From positions 31,727 to 95,726 of the IMG/VR virus record IMGVR_UViG_2767802123_000001: 64,000 nt of DNA, one strand, 5' to 3'. The notes beneath the pieces are model-generated. The model saw nothing but the letters and a program-made list of their open reading frames with translations, was not told the origin of the DNA and searched no databases. Position numbers and translations under genes: made by a program. This document shows, in pieces, positions 49,857 through 58,901 of the stretch. This DNA comes from a virus (lineage: Duplodnaviria; Caudoviricetes). The first letter of the stretch is position 1, and each line of letters starts with the position of its first letter.

Positions 49857-50315
49857 ATGACCAAGCAGACCGAAGCGGCGGCCGTGGACGTTCTCACCGC
49901 CGTCACCCGGGACGACCCGGCGGCGGCACGGGCGCACATCCGGGAACTGTCCTTCCAGGGACGCGCCCTGCTCATGGCCTGGGCCGTGGAGCTGAGCCGG
50001 CTCATCCAGGACGAGCAGTACGCCTACGACGCCAAGGAGCGCCGGATCGCCCGGGAAACCCGCGAGACCGAGGCAGACGCCTCCACATGCCAGAAGATTC
50101 TGCGCGCCCGCGTCCGACGCCTCGCGCAGAGGACGGATGCGGAAGCGCTGACAGTGCGTGCTCTCGAATTTCTCGACCTCGGACGCAGCCGGCCGTGGAT
50201 CGCCGGGGAGCTGGAGAAGCTCACCGACGAGGGTGTGCTGAAGCCGGACCCCAGTGACCCGGGGCGGTACTTCATCCTGCGGGCGCCGGACGGGGACACG
50301 ACGGCCGACGTCTGA
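49857..50315 (+). CDS. Hypothetical protein with TraB-like wHTH C-terminus
   Basis: GRSRPWIAGELEKLTDEGVL; operator and leader upstream. Confidence 0.65.
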   Translation: MTKQTEAAAVDVLTAVTRDDPAAARAHIRELSFQGRALLMAWAVELSRLIQDEQYAYDAKERRIARETRETEADASTCQKILRARVRRLAQRTDAEALTVRALEFLDLGRSRPWIAGELEKLTDEGVLKPDPSDPGRYFILRAPDGDTTADV

Positions 50316-50522
50316 CGGGACATCGCGGTAGCGGGACAACGAGCCCTCACGGGACAAGACCGTGGGGGCTTCGTCGTGTCCCGGGACATCCGGCGCCGGG
50401 ACACAGGAGGTGTCCCGCACGGGACAGGGACAGCGGGACACAGCAGCCGGGACAAACACTCTGTCCCTGGTGGGACATGTCCCGGGACAAAGGTTTGCCG
50501 GGACACGGGACATGGGGACAAG
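50290..50522. repeat. Dense GGGACA/TGTCCC hexamer array
   Basis: About 19 copies counted by eye, including the palindrome GGGACATGTCCC. Confidence 0.85.
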
Positions 50523-50592
50523 TAGCGTGTACGATGATTTAAGAAAATCAGCACCGACCAAGGAATCGTGACCAAGGAAGAGAGGGCAGACG

Positions 50593-51810
50593 ATGTCCCG
50601 CATGTCCCGCACTCAGGCAGCCACCTACGGTCTGCTTGTCCCGGCCGCACTGGCCCTGGCCATGTCCGCCGACACCTCGTACCGCTTCATGGAGACCGCG
50701 CTTCAGATCTCCGACGAGACCGAGCGCATGATTCTGTGCGGCGTCGCCGAGGCCGCCATCGTCGCCCTCACGGTCTACGCCTGGGCCACCCGGACCAAGG
50801 GCCCCGCCTATCTCGCCTATGCGGCCGTGCTGGTGCAAGGCATCCCCGCCTTCACGGTCTCCGGGAGCGTCGGCGGCCCAGTGCGGGTCGTCCTCGGCCC
50901 GGTGCTGCTGGCCGTTCTCCTGCACCTGCTGCTCGGCCTGGAACTGCGCATGTCAGGGGCTAAGTCGGACAGCCTGCTCGCCTCCGCCCTGCGGGAGCTG
51001 AAGGAGCGTCTGACGGCCTTCCTGGGCATCGGCCGACGGGGCGCCGACTCCGCCGCCATCGCCCGCAGCCGCGCCGCCGACAAGGCCGTGGACCTGGCGG
51101 ACCGTCTGGCTGCCGCCCAGCCCGGCAAGCGCAAGCACACTCGCCTGGTAGGCCGTCTCGCGAAGCAGATCGACGCGGCCCGCCACGGGCTGAACGAGAC
51201 GGAGGCCGCGCAGGCGGAGGCCGCCATCGTCGCCCGCGTCGTCCGGCGTAAGTCGGTCAAGGCTCTCGCCAACATCAGTACGCGGCACGACTGGTCGCTG
51301 TCCCTTGTCCCGGCGCCGGCTGTCCCGGTCGGGGACACGGGACAGAGCGATGTCCCGACGTTCGTGTCCCCCGAGGCGGCTGTCCCCCGGGACACGGCCG
51401 ATGTCCCGGCCCCTGTTGTCCCGCAGCGGGACATGTCCCGTGTCCCGCAGGACGTTGTCCCGGCGCCCGAGCCGGTTGTCCCGGCGGCCGTGTCCCGCCC
51501 TCGGGCCGCTGTCCCGGCGACGATGTCCCGGCCGCGTCCCACCGTCCGTATCTCTCTGGACAAGACGCCCGAGGAGATCAGCGCCGAGCGGGACATGTCC
51601 CGGAGCGCGGGACAGGCGAGCGTCGATGTCCCCGAGGACGTCCGGGACAACCTGACTGGCATCGTCCGCTTTCTGATGGAGACGGGACACGACAAGGCCG
51701 AGGTCCGCGCGATTGTCCCGACTCTGCCGGGACACGGGGACACGAAGCCGGGCGGCCCGAAGTCGGAGAGCCTGCGCAAGGCGATCCAGCGGACGTTCCC
51801 CAAGGAGTAA
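50593..51810 (+). CDS. Spd-like membrane protein (plasmid spread family)
   Basis: About 4 N-terminal TM helices, coiled coil, Val-Pro repeat linker; upstream of traA/traB. Confidence 0.65.
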   Translation: MSRMSRTQAATYGLLVPAALALAMSADTSYRFMETALQISDETERMILCGVAEAAIVALTVYAWATRTKGPAYLAYAAVLVQGIPAFTVSGSVGGPVRVVLGPVLLAVLLHLLLGLELRMSGAKSDSLLASALRELKERLTAFLGIGRRGADSAAIARSRAADKAVDLADRLAAAQPGKRKHTRLVGRLAKQIDAARHGLNETEAAQAEAAIVARVVRRKSVKALANISTRHDWSLSLVPAPAVPVGDTGQSDVPTFVSPEAAVPRDTADVPAPVVPQRDMSRVPQDVVPAPEPVVPAAVSRPRAAVPATMSRPRPTVRISLDKTPEEISAERDMSRSAGQASVDVPEDVRDNLTGIVRFLMETGHDKAEVRAIVPTLPGHGDTKPGGPKSESLRKAIQRTFPKE

Positions 51811-51885
51811 CCGACGTAGAAGGCACTTGCGGCCCGGGACAGACGGGCGCACCCTTGATTTAGGTAAAGCCCTACCGGGGACAAC
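51299..51885. repeat. TGTCCC/GGGACA array mostly inside the spd-like gene
   Basis: About 30 copies by eye. Confidence 0.85.
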
Positions 51886-51936
51886 CCTGGTAGGGCTTTC
51901 GCCTTCGGAACCAGGAATCAGGAAGAGGAACCAGGA

Positions 51937-52515
51937 ATGAATCACATCGGGCAAAACCACCCTGACAACCCGTTCAGCCCGGCTGGCCGGGCCAACGGGC
52001 AGACGAACGGACAGCTCCGCGCTCGGGGCCTGGACGGCCAGGGCAACCCCCTCCCGTCGAACGGCAGCAGCGCCAAAACCGCAGGTCAGAAGGGATTCTC
52101 CCGACCGGGCGGCACACGGGGTCAGGGCATCGCACAACTCGCCCAGTCCATCGGCTCGATGGAGCTGTCCAACCAGGACGATCTGCACGCGTTCTGCGAG
52201 GCGTACCGGGCGATCCTCAACTACCTGGCCGTGTCCGCGAAGATGGCCGAAGGCCAGCTCAAGGCGGCTGCCAGGGCCAACGCACGGCAGGCGAAAGACG
52301 GGTGGATGACGCCCGCTCAGGCAGCCAAGCTGGCGCTGACGTTGCGTTCGGTTGGCAAGGATCTCGACCGCATGGCCAACTCCTGCGTAGACGGGTCCGC
52401 AAGCGCGGTCAAGGCGTGGCGCCGGTTCGAAGGCCTGCTGGACGAGCTGGAGAACGACCGCAAGGGTGTCCGTCGTCCCGGGGGCCGTCGTGGCGGCTCC
52501 TTCACCGTGGTGTAG
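51937..52515 (+). CDS. TraA-like plasmid transfer protein
   Basis: Gly/Asn-rich N-terminus then helical domain; directly upstream of traB. Confidence 0.5.
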   Translation: MNHIGQNHPDNPFSPAGRANGQTNGQLRARGLDGQGNPLPSNGSSAKTAGQKGFSRPGGTRGQGIAQLAQSIGSMELSNQDDLHAFCEAYRAILNYLAVSAKMAEGQLKAAARANARQAKDGWMTPAQAAKLALTLRSVGKDLDRMANSCVDGSASAVKAWRRFEGLLDELENDRKGVRRPGGRRGGSFTVV

Positions 52516-52529
52516 GGGCGGTGGGCGAC

Positions 52530-54518
52530 GTGTCGAACAGTCACCGCGTACGCGGATACGCCCTGTTCAGGGTGTCTGAACGCATCACTTCGTACGTCCT
52601 GCCCTGGGCCATCACCATGGCCGCGTGGCCTCTGGCTCTGGTGCTCCACCTCGTCATCGGGGACAGCCCGTTGTGGATGTCCTTTCTCGCCCTCGGGTTC
52701 GCGTATCTCGCATACGTGACCTGGTCGACCTGGGCGGTGCGCCGCCAGGAGACCCGGGTCATGGTCACGGTGTTCGTCAGCGCCGTCCTGACCTGGGAAC
52801 TCTTCGCCATCACCGTCCGTCCCTGGCAGGCCGACGTGGCCAAGGCGTGGGCGCTCGGCGGACTCGTTCTGTCGGTTGCCTGGTGCGTCCGGCACGCGGC
52901 TCTGTCGGGTGTGCGGGACTCCGACAAGTCGCCGGAGACCAGCGGAAACGACGGTTTGCTGGCCAAGGTCCGGGCGTTCAAGGACGCCAGGGTCGGCAAG
53001 GTTACGGAGTCCGAGCAGGAGCTGCGCGCCCGGGTCCACCTGGACGCCCCGACCACGGCGAAGGAGGCGCAGGACGCCCGGGAGCAGATTGCGGCCGTCG
53101 CCGGGGTCGGCGCCGACCAGGTGAAGGTGCTCAAAGTCGCAGGTCACGAGGGTCAGGTGGACGTGGCGTTCACCCGTGGGCAGGACGCCCTCAAGCCGGC
53201 CGTCTGGACCGGCCCACGCCACCTCGGGGCGTCCATCGCGGACTACCCGATCTGGCTCGGCAAGCGCACCGACGGCAGCGACATCAACTGGTGGATCGTC
53301 GGTTCCGACGACGAGGAAAACCCCAGGCCACTGGCCCACACGAAGTGCACCGGGGTGTCCGGCGCGGGCAAGACGGAGACCCTTTGCACCGCCATCCTCC
53401 AGATGCGCGAGCGCGTGGACGTCGTCCCCGTGGTCGGCGACCCGGCGAAGTACTCGCAGTCCTTCGGCGACATCTCAGAGGCGATCGGCCTGGCCGCGAC
53501 GACCCGTGAGACCACGGAGCAGCTCGTGCGGAACCTCATCCCGCTCATCGAGTACCGCGCGGGACTGTTCGGCACGCTGACCCGGGCTGATGGCGGCAAG
53601 GGCTACAAGCAGTGGGTGCCGGAGCTGTGGACGCTGCACCGCATCCCGGCGATCTTCCTGGACATCGAGGAGGCCACCGACGTGCTGATGGTGGTGGACG
53701 AGGAAGCCGACGAGGCGCTGCGCAAGCTGCGGTCGGTCGGCGTGCACTTCTGCGCGTCTACGCAGACCATGCCGCACGACAACATCAACCGGAAAACCCG
53801 TGGTCAGTTCACCCAGTCCCTGGCCCACGGGCAGAAGGAGAACCAGGACGCCAAGTACGCCCTGGAGGCGGAGACGCTGGAGGCCGGGGCCGACCCGACC
53901 AAGTGGGCCAACAACGCCCCTGGTTCGCTGTATGCCGAGGTCACGGGCACGGACAAGGTCCATTGGCCGGTCGACGGCCGGGTGCCGCGCATGAGGGCGG
54001 CCGACCGTGCGGAGATGATCGAGCGCACTCGACCGTACTGGGCTGAGCTGGACGCGGGCAGTTACCGCATCCTCGCCGAGGGCGTCGTGGACGAGCAGGC
54101 CGAGGCCGTGGAGACGGCCGGCGACGAGCCCCTGGAGGGCACCGTGGACGACGATTTCGCGCAGGTCAGCGACCTGGACCTGACCTCGGACGGCATCGAC
54201 ACGAGCGAGCCTCTGTCCGCCCCGCGCGGCGCCGGCGTCACCTTCGCCGACCCGCTGAACACCAGCCGGATGTCGACGGAGGACGCCCGCGCGGAGCTGC
54301 TGAACCGCATGCACATCCTGGTCAGCAGCGGTCAGACGGACGTCACGTTCGAGGACCTGGCCGACCTCCCGGACCTCGTCGGCCGGCCCCGTGGCTGGGT
54401 GTACGACGAGCTGGAGCAACTGGCCGACGACGGCGTGCTGCGCCGCGTCAACCCGCCCAACAAGCGGGCCGTCTACGAGGTCGCCGGGAACGTGTTCGCC
54501 GAGGCGGCGGCCATGTGA
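52530..54518 (+). CDS. traB: TraB-like FtsK/SpoIIIE conjugative DNA translocase
   Basis: N-terminal TM helices, Walker A GVSGAGKT, Walker B FLDIEEA, C-terminal wHTH GRPRGWVYDEL. Confidence 0.8.
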   Translation: MSNSHRVRGYALFRVSERITSYVLPWAITMAAWPLALVLHLVIGDSPLWMSFLALGFAYLAYVTWSTWAVRRQETRVMVTVFVSAVLTWELFAITVRPWQADVAKAWALGGLVLSVAWCVRHAALSGVRDSDKSPETSGNDGLLAKVRAFKDARVGKVTESEQELRARVHLDAPTTAKEAQDAREQIAAVAGVGADQVKVLKVAGHEGQVDVAFTRGQDALKPAVWTGPRHLGASIADYPIWLGKRTDGSDINWWIVGSDDEENPRPLAHTKCTGVSGAGKTETLCTAILQMRERVDVVPVVGDPAKYSQSFGDISEAIGLAATTRETTEQLVRNLIPLIEYRAGLFGTLTRADGGKGYKQWVPELWTLHRIPAIFLDIEEATDVLMVVDEEADEALRKLRSVGVHFCASTQTMPHDNINRKTRGQFTQSLAHGQKENQDAKYALEAETLEAGADPTKWANNAPGSLYAEVTGTDKVHWPVDGRVPRMRAADRAEMIERTRPYWAELDAGSYRILAEGVVDEQAEAVETAGDEPLEGTVDDDFAQVSDLDLTSDGIDTSEPLSAPRGAGVTFADPLNTSRMSTEDARAELLNRMHILVSSGQTDVTFEDLADLPDLVGRPRGWVYDELEQLADDGVLRRVNPPNKRAVYEVAGNVFAEAAAM

Positions 54519-54540
54519 CGGACCGGCGATTGGCGCACAC

Positions 54541-54577
54541 TCAGGGCGGGCATCTCATGTCAGAGATGCCCGCCCTG
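54541..54577. terminator. Long hairpin after traB
   Basis: TCAGGGCGGGCATCTC...GAGATGCCCGCCCTGA. Confidence 0.7.
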
Positions 54578-54766
54578 ACACGTCTCTGACGGCCCGTGGT
54601 GGCACCTCTGACGCGTCAGCAGACGCCGCCGGACTGTCCGTGACTCCAGCCATTACACGGGTCTGACAGGGGCGCTGACGGCCTCGGCGGCGCTGCGACC
54701 TAGAACTCTCTCCCGCTCGGCCCGGCCGGCGCGGACAACGACCGATGACGCAAGGACTGATGACAG

Positions 54767-55162
54767 ATGACCAAGGAACTGAACTGCACCGGATGCGGCG
54801 GCCAGGCGGTCCACACGAAGACGGTCCCGCTGTGCTCGCGGTGCGCTCTGGCCGTTGCCGAGGAGTCGTTGGGCTTCGTGTTCGACGGGCTGCGCAGCGA
54901 CGCCGGAGTGATCCAGCTCCCGGCCGCGCCGGAAGACCGGATGAGCCCGGCGGAGGCCGACGACGTGGCGTACCAGCGGCTGTCCGCGCTGCGCCGACAG
55001 GGTGCGAAGCGGGTCACGTTCGAGGACTTCAAGGATCTGCAAGAGATCACCGGCCGGTCCCGGCCGTGGGTGTACCGGTGGCTGGACGCCCGGGTGAAGG
55101 ACGGCGACCTGGTCAAGGACACGGCGGGCGAGCGCGTGGGTTACGTCTACGCCCCGGACTGA
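54767..55162 (+). CDS. Zinc finger + TraB-like wHTH protein
   Basis: CTGC..CSRC; VTFEDF..GRSRPWVYRWL. Confidence 0.65.
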   Translation: MTKELNCTGCGGQAVHTKTVPLCSRCALAVAEESLGFVFDGLRSDAGVIQLPAAPEDRMSPAEADDVAYQRLSALRRQGAKRVTFEDFKDLQEITGRSRPWVYRWLDARVKDGDLVKDTAGERVGYVYAPD

Positions 55163-55236
55163 CGCGGGCCGGGGGTTGTGCAGTCACAGGGCCTATGGTT
55201 TAGTTAATTCATCGAGACCGACCGCTGGAGGAACTG

Positions 55237-55428
55237 ATGAACTGGACCACCGAGACGCTCCGCTCCGGGATCGCGCTGGAGGTCGCCTCCGACGACCACG
55301 GGACCATGGGCGTACCGGGCACGTGGTACCGAGTCCGCCGGGGCGCTCGTGTCTCGGTGGCCACTCGCAACCGGGGTGACGCGCTCCGTCTGTTCCAGCG
55401 TCGGGTGCGGGTGGCCTCCAAGGCCTGA
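55237..55428 (+). CDS. Small hypothetical protein
   Basis: Operator 55196-55211, GGAGGA RBS. Confidence 0.6.
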   Translation: MNWTTETLRSGIALEVASDDHGTMGVPGTWYRVRRGARVSVATRNRGDALRLFQRRVRVASKA

Positions 55429-55483
55429 CCGCACCGCCCGACACCGACAGCCCCGGCGCCGACCACGGAACGAGGAACTGACC

Positions 55484-55570
55484 ATGGGTGAACGCTTCTG
55501 GAATGGACTGGGCATCCTCGCCCTCATCGCGGCAGGTGTGTTCGCCGTGACGTGGATGTCCCTGCACTGA
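55484..55570 (+). CDS. 28-aa single-TM peptide
   Basis: Leader GACCACGGAACGAGGAA; MGERFWNGLGILALIAAGVFAVTWMSLH. Confidence 0.55.
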   Translation: MGERFWNGLGILALIAAGVFAVTWMSLH

Positions 55571-55715
55571 CCGCACCACCCGACACCGACAGCCCCGGAG
55601 CCGCTACGGCCCGGGGCTTCGCCGTTTGCTGCCCGATTGGCCAGGCTGCCGCCGTGGTACAACTAATTCAGGGTCGCGGCAGCGGCTCCTGACCTAGGAA
55701 TCAAGGAATCTGACC

Positions 55716-56129
55716 ATGGAGATAGAGCGGAGGCATGCCCCGGTCCCCGGGGAGTTGCTGGAGTACCTGAAGGCCAACCCGACCGCCGCGCAGCAGGCGG
55801 CCGACGGCGGCGTCCACGTCCACGTGCACCACCACTACGCGGCCCCGGAGCCGGCTGTCCCCGCCGGGGCGATCGTGCATCAGGGCCCGGAGAAGACGGT
55901 GGCGGAGAAGGTGATCCCGTGGCTGTGGGTCGCGCTGCTGTCCTGCGTCGTCCTGACGCTGTGTGCGCTGGTGTTCGCCATGGTGGCCGTCGTCGCGGTG
56001 GCCGTCCTGGCGGCGGTGATCGTGCTCGGCCTGGTGGTCGCGCACGTCATCAACTCCCACGCCGGCGCGGCCGAGGCGAAGGCCAAGGCGGCGGAGGCGC
56101 TGAACAAGGGCAAGCACAAGAGGCGGTGA
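55716..56129 (+). CDS. Membrane protein (Spd-like)
   Basis: HVHVHHHY motif followed by a long hydrophobic hairpin. Confidence 0.6.
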   Translation: MEIERRHAPVPGELLEYLKANPTAAQQAADGGVHVHVHHHYAAPEPAVPAGAIVHQGPEKTVAEKVIPWLWVALLSCVVLTLCALVFAMVAVVAVAVLAAVIVLGLVVAHVINSHAGAAEAKAKAAEALNKGKHKRR

Positions 56130-56439
56130 GGCTCATGGCACCGCCGACCCGGAGAACCCCGGACCCGATGAGGGCCGGGGTTCTTTGCGTTGAGGGGTTG
56201 TGCGGTCGCCAGACCCATGGTTTAATTAAATCAGTCGGGAGGGATCCCGGCGGACAACTCCACAGAGAGCAGGCCTCCCGTACGTGCTGGCTGTACGGGC
56301 GTAACCATGGGACTGACGACGCCGAAGAGGGCGCGGAGAGCACCCGCGACACTGGGCAGACCCCCTCAAGGATCACGTAGCACCCGCCATGGCAGCTCTG
56401 CTCTCTGTGGGACCTGACCCACCGAACCCGGAGGATCCG

Positions 56440-56757
56440 ATGCAGCGCACGAGCGCGGACGAGGAAGACCGGCAGTCTGTCGCGCAGTTCGGCTGCACCG
56501 TGCAGGGCGCCTACGACCGGTTCAGTGATGTTCTTGACGAACGAGGTGTCCGGGCCAAACGGTACGGACCGAACCGTGGGGGCCCTGCGACGGACCGTCA
56601 GAAGGCTTACCTCCGGTCGCTGCTCGCGCAGCACGCTGGCTCGGAGACGGCAGAGGCGATTCGGAACTACTTCAACTGCTGCCGTTTGGTCCGCCGTCCG
56701 ATCAGCTTCGGCGACGTGGCAGAAGCCATCGAGGCGCTGCGCAGCCTTTCCGACTGA
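56440..56757 (+). CDS. Hypothetical protein
   Basis: GGAGG RBS; PATDRQKAYLRSL. Confidence 0.6.
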   Translation: MQRTSADEEDRQSVAQFGCTVQGAYDRFSDVLDERGVRAKRYGPNRGGPATDRQKAYLRSLLAQHAGSETAEAIRNYFNCCRLVRRPISFGDVAEAIEALRSLSD

Positions 56758-56783
56758 CCAGTCGACCACGGAACGAGGAAGCT

Positions 56784-56984
56784 ATGAACTCGGGACAGCC
56801 CCGGCTCATACGACACCCGGAAGGCGGGTACGTCTCGCCTTCCGGCAGGTACCGCATCACCGCCAAGAGGGGCGAAACCGGGCTACTGCTGTTCTGGAAG
56901 GTCCGCGACACTTCGGACCCGTCCCGGAACCTGCCGCCCTGTCACTACCTGGCGCACGCCCGAAACCGGTACGGCACCGACTGA
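56784..56984 (+). CDS. Small hypothetical protein
   Basis: Leader motif upstream. Confidence 0.55.
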   Translation: MNSGQPRLIRHPEGGYVSPSGRYRITAKRGETGLLLFWKVRDTSDPSRNLPPCHYLAHARNRYGTD

Positions 56985-57015
56985 CCCGCCCTACTGACCA
57001 CGGAACGAGGAACCC

Positions 57016-57393
57016 ATGACCGCAGCGAACCCCGCGCCCGTGCGCGTCGTCTCTTTCGGCTACGGCCACGGCGACGCCCCGGCCGCCCACCTGACCCTGG
57101 ACCTGCGCCACCACTTCCCCGGTGCGGGTGCAGACCCGGAGATGCGCGGCCGGACTATCATCCGCCAGACCGGAGGCCGCCGGGGCATCCTCGGCACCCC
57201 GGGTCTCCGGACCTTGCTGGCCGCCACGGTGCGCGCGGTCCGGGCGTACGACTCCGGGCCGTACAACCGGGCCATCGTCGTCGCGGTCGGCGGAGGACGG
57301 ATCCGCGCCGTCGTGGCCGCCGAAGCGCTCGCGCGGCGCCTGCGCCGCCGGGGCCACGACGTCCTGGTGGAGCACCACCCTGCCGCCCGCTGA
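57016..57393 (+). CDS. RapZ C-terminal-domain-like protein, possibly degenerate
   Basis: VVSFGYGHG..LDLR; the usual GCxGGxHRSV reads VGGGRIRAV. Confidence 0.6.
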   Translation: MTAANPAPVRVVSFGYGHGDAPAAHLTLDLRHHFPGAGADPEMRGRTIIRQTGGRRGILGTPGLRTLLAATVRAVRAYDSGPYNRAIVVAVGGGRIRAVVAAEALARRLRRRGHDVLVEHHPAAR

Positions 57394-57466
57394 CCCATCA
57401 ACTCCTCGGCCCCGGAGCACCCCCGCTCCGGGGCTTTGTCGACCAAGGAACGAGGAAACTGCGACC

Positions 57467-57943
57467 ATGACCGACACAGCAGGTACCTTCGCCGCCGCCT
57501 TCGCGGCCCTGTTCGTCGCGCACTCCGTCGGTGACCACTGGGTTCAGACGTCGTGGCAGGCGGCCCGCAAGGGCGACCGTTCGCGCCCCGGGCACATAGC
57601 CTGCGGCCGTCACGTCTTCGGCCTGACCGTGACCAAGGCGCTCGCGCTGCTGCTCGCCGTGCTTGTGCTCGGTCTGGAGGTCAGCGCCCTCGGGGTGGTC
57701 CTCGGCCTCGGCCTGGACGCAGGCACGCACTACTGGGCCGACCGCCGGCACACGCTGACCAGCCTCGCCCGAGTCTGCGGGAAGACGGAGTTCCACACCC
57801 TCGGCACCCCGGCGCACCCGGGCCACCCGGTGGCCGCTGACGGCGAGTACGCCCCGACCCTGGGCACCGGGGCCTATGCGCTGGACCAGTCGTTCCACCA
57901 CTTCTGGCTGTTCGTCGCTGCGCTCATCATCGCGGCCGTCTGA
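57467..57943 (+). CDS. DUF3307-like membrane protein
   Basis: AHSVGDHWVQT, HYWADRR, LDQSFH. Confidence 0.7.
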   Translation: MTDTAGTFAAAFAALFVAHSVGDHWVQTSWQAARKGDRSRPGHIACGRHVFGLTVTKALALLLAVLVLGLEVSALGVVLGLGLDAGTHYWADRRHTLTSLARVCGKTEFHTLGTPAHPGHPVAADGEYAPTLGTGAYALDQSFHHFWLFVAALIIAAV

Positions 57944-58065
57944 GCCAGTTGGAACGGAAGCCCCGGAGCCATGCGGCCCGGGGCTTCGCCGTGCCCGGGG
58001 TTGCTTGCCCAACGGGCATAGGATTTAATTAAGTCATCCCGGACCGACCAAGGAACGAGGAACAC

Positions 58066-58791
58066 ATGGACCGCCGCAACGTCACTGGCCACGACGGAAC
58101 CGTCCACCAGGCCCTGCTCAACTCCCACACCGGCGACTTCATCGACCTCGCGTGCGACGCCGGCCGCTACGCCGTCGTCCACCACGGCGAGGCGTTCGAC
58201 CAGGCACGCCTCACCGACGCCGCGCTGACCTGCCCCGGCTGCACGGCCGCCGCCACCGGCGCCGTGCCCCACCCAGCAGATGAGGCCCGCGAGTACGCCG
58301 CTGCCGTCCTCGCCGAGGCCGACCGGCGCGGATACCCGCCGGCGCTGGACGACGAGGGTATGCGTCTGGCGTTCGAGCGCCTTGCTCTGGACAGTGGCGC
58401 GGCCCACCCCGTTTACGCGCGCCTCGCACGGGGCGAATACGACCCCGAGAACTCTTACCGGAAGGTGCGGGAGTACGGCCTGGCCCGGGGTTACCTGGAC
58501 GACATGCTCACCGAACGGGCGCTGGATGTAGCGGAGCCGATCCCTGGAGCGACGGCCGAGTACAGGAGGTTCACTGGCGGGACAGTCACGGCCCCGCTCT
58601 CCGTCGGCGACCGCGTGATGCGCACCGCCTACGCCTCGGGCCTGTGGTGGTTCGGGAACATCGCCGGGACCGACGGCCGGTACGTCCTCGTGTACCGGGA
58701 CGGGTCCGAGATTCCGTCCCGGTACACGGCGTGCGAGATGCACCGGCTGTTCGCCAAGCTGGACCGTGCGCCGCAGCCGGCTGCCGTCTAA
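58066..58791 (+). CDS. Hypothetical protein
   Basis: Operator 58021-58036 and leader upstream. Confidence 0.65.
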   Translation: MDRRNVTGHDGTVHQALLNSHTGDFIDLACDAGRYAVVHHGEAFDQARLTDAALTCPGCTAAATGAVPHPADEAREYAAAVLAEADRRGYPPALDDEGMRLAFERLALDSGAAHPVYARLARGEYDPENSYRKVREYGLARGYLDDMLTERALDVAEPIPGATAEYRRFTGGTVTAPLSVGDRVMRTAYASGLWWFGNIAGTDGRYVLVYRDGSEIPSRYTACEMHRLFAKLDRAPQPAAV

Positions 58792-58901
58792 CGGCCTGTT
58801 CACCCGGAGCCCCGGCGCCCTCACGGCCCGGGGTTTCGTCGTACCCCGTGAGCGAAGGGAGCCGTGCGGCGATTCGACGATTCCTCGGTACCTTCCGGCG
58901 C

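Noticed and set aside
50290-50522. CRISPR array
   Set aside because: Repeats are 6-bp units at irregular spacing; no 25-40-bp repeats with spacers and no cas genes.
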